Below are positions 62,132 through 64,000 of a stretch of 64,000 nucleotides of DNA, in pieces; position 1 is the stretch's first letter; every line of letters starts with the position of its first letter. Source of the DNA: Raillietiella orientalis (Eukaryota); the NCBI GenBank assembly GCA_036172245.1, contig JAYWIR010000032.1:1922001-1986000 (forward strand), in the 5' to 3' direction. The notes under the pieces were generated by a model. That model worked only from the letters and a program-made list of their open reading frames with translations, was not told where the DNA came from and did not search any database. Both the position numbers and the translations under genes were made by a program.

Positions 62132-63150
62132 CACTCTCTGGAAGGGTCGATGGGAGGAGTCGAATTTGGCGAGGTATATCTGACCCGTCAAAAGGGCCAG
62201 GCTGCGGGTCGCCTTGGAGAGGGCGTGGAAGGGGGATTAATTCAACAGGATATATAGTGAGCTTCATGGATGGTGGTGAAGGTGAGTCCTCTTGGCACAC
62301 TTCCTTTCCTTTAGCTCTTCCTCCTTCCTCCTCTCCTTCCTTCCTGCTCCTCCTCTTCCTCCGTTCTTCCTTCTCCTCTTTTTCCTCCTCTCTCCCCTTC
62401 ATTTCCTCCTCCCTACCTTTCTTCTCCACTCCCTCCTCCATTCCTCCTTTTTCTCCCTCTCCTTCTTCTGCTCCTCCCCTCGTCCTAGAAGTATGGAGAT
62501 GTGGAGTGGAGTGAAAGGGCTCGGCCAACTCTTTCGAGAGTGCGTTTCAGAGTCTGAAGTACTCCAGCATCGTGAGCAAAATGGTCCACTTAAATGGGAA
62601 CCTCTTTGTGGTGATGGAGTTGGGTGAGAGAGAAGACCTGAAGCAGATGATCCGCTGTCGTTCAGAGGCACCGTCAAGCTCATCTCAGAGCGTCTCACCT
62701 GAGGCATCTTTAACTACTCTCTGAGCCATGCACCTTGAATCCATCTGCCACCAAGAGAACAAGCCGTCCTATGTCTTCATCTTCAACCCAAGGGTAGTCA
62801 AATTTGGTGATCTCGGCCTGGGATGGGACCCCAAGAAGCAGAAGGGCTTCCTGTCGCATCCCTTCTTGGGGACGTCCTTCTGCATGAGTCCAGAGAGGCT
62901 CTCCGGGAGCGAATAAGCCTTCAAGACCAACGTCTAGTGTTAGATGGATCTTCTGATCTGGATGGCATTCCCACGAGAGGAATGTGGTGGACGCCACATC
63001 CTTCTCATGTGTTTCTCAAGCGGACTCAATCTCGGTACTTGCCTTTAGAAGGTCCGCCTCACTTTCTCTCAATAGGTCACTTGTATGCCTATAGCCAGGG
63101 CACTCCTGAATCGACGTATGGAGTCTTCCGCAATCTTCACCCGCTGGTGA
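62132..63150 (+). pseudogene. Degenerate NIMA-related (NEK6/NEK7-like) Ser/Thr kinase pseudogene
   Basis: Colinear kinase remnants across frameshifts and stops: MGGVEFGEVYL / RVALER, RECVSESEVLQH, NGNLFVVMELGEREDLKQMIR, KLISERLT*GIF, ICHQENKPSYVFIFNPRVVKFGDLGLG, FLGTSFCMSPERL, YLPLEGPPHF. The DLG activation motif is NEK6/7-like. It is interrupted by a CT-rich tract at about 62300-62485. Confidence 0.75.
62300..62485 (+). repeat. CT-rich low-complexity tract
   Basis: Almost pure pyrimidine CCT/CTT run inside the kinase pseudogene. Confidence 0.8.
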
Positions 63151-63334
63151 TACCACCAGCGTTTGTAAAGCTTTGAGGTGATCTTCTTGCACAACCAGAC
63201 CCGCAGAACTTGAGAGCTTAAGGCAGCCGCCTATCGCCAGTTTGTCTCCTCGATTATCCAGGTCAGGTATGCCGAGGCATTCCTTTGACCTGCCAGCATA
63301 CTGGTACTCATCTGCGTCCCTCTTTAGCTAGCTG

Positions 63335-63556
63335 GTGAATTTTCCGAAGACGAGTCGGAAGCTGCTGCTGCAGACTGTTCAATCCGACTTTTCACAACGT
63401 TACGAGTCTGGAGGATCACACACGCGTCTGGGACAGAAGGATAGCAGCTTTTTGTGGCATGCCGTTGCTGCCGCAAAGACGGCCCGCAATACGATAGGGC
63501 GGACTGTATATGAGGCGGTATTACTACGAATAAATGCAAATGGTCGGATGATATGA
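63335..63556 (+). mobile_element. GIY-YIG endonuclease C-terminal relic (Penelope-like)
   Basis: FLWHAV..RTVYEAVLL resembles the RxxxEAxxI end of PLE endonucleases. Confidence 0.35.
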
Positions 63557-64000
63557 ATCCGTTTTCTACTTCATCCCCATTTCTTCAGATACTTTCTGGT
63601 ATAGCTATTCGTATTCTCTCCTTCATGACCCTAGATAATATTTTGTACCGATATTTTGTTATCCAGACTATATGGTACCTATGATAAAATACTGTGTGCT
63701 TTCCTTTAAGCTCGGTGGACTGTCATGGAAACAGGCGCCACTTTGGAAGACGACCAGCGACTTGGCCGTTTGGGGCTGGTCTAGCAGGGATGCAAATCCT
63801 CGTTGGTCCGCCATCCTTTCATCCGACATCTGCGTTTTCTTTGAAGAAAAAGACCAAGAGAGAGTGTCTCTTTTATCGCTTTCTCTTCGATCTCTCTTTG
63901 CCTGTGTGACTGCTTTGACGCTGGGCACCCATCGCTGCTCCTCTTGGGCTGCCTGAAGGTTGTACTGAAGGTTCCGCCTGCTGCTGTGAGGCAGAGGGCT

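Noticed and set aside
62088..62528. Glu/Lys/Gly-rich ORFs over 61.2-62.5 kb
   Set aside because: Translations of GA/CT simple-sequence tracts.

Overview
Eukaryotic (invertebrate animal) nuclear DNA with short spliceosomal introns of about 40-50 nt. Most of the window is heavily decayed, nested transposable elements, and almost all long ORFs in the supplied track are non-coding frames over these relics. One intact host gene is well supported: a multi-exon CNTD1/COSA-1-like meiotic crossover cyclin at about 48.3-49.3 kb (+). Other features: a ~390-bp mitochondrial 12S rRNA insertion (NUMT) inside a SINE-like copy; a possible small ShK-domain gene (42.6-43.4 kb); a NEK6/7-like kinase pseudogene; many L1/Tx1-clade LINE relics; at least six Penelope-like RT and/or GIY-YIG relics; a palindromic mariner derivative; two ~99% identical dispersed duplications of dead TE pieces; and a dispersed repeat family with a tRNA-like head, an internal ~41-bp minisatellite and a hairpin-plus-CTAG tail. 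I cannot demonstrate a new biological system from the sequence alone. The best candidates for something undescribed are the tRNA-head/Helitron-like-tail family and an interleaved double inverted repeat at 11.83-11.90 kb. All protein-family calls come from by-eye motif recognition, not database searches, and TE boundaries are approximate.
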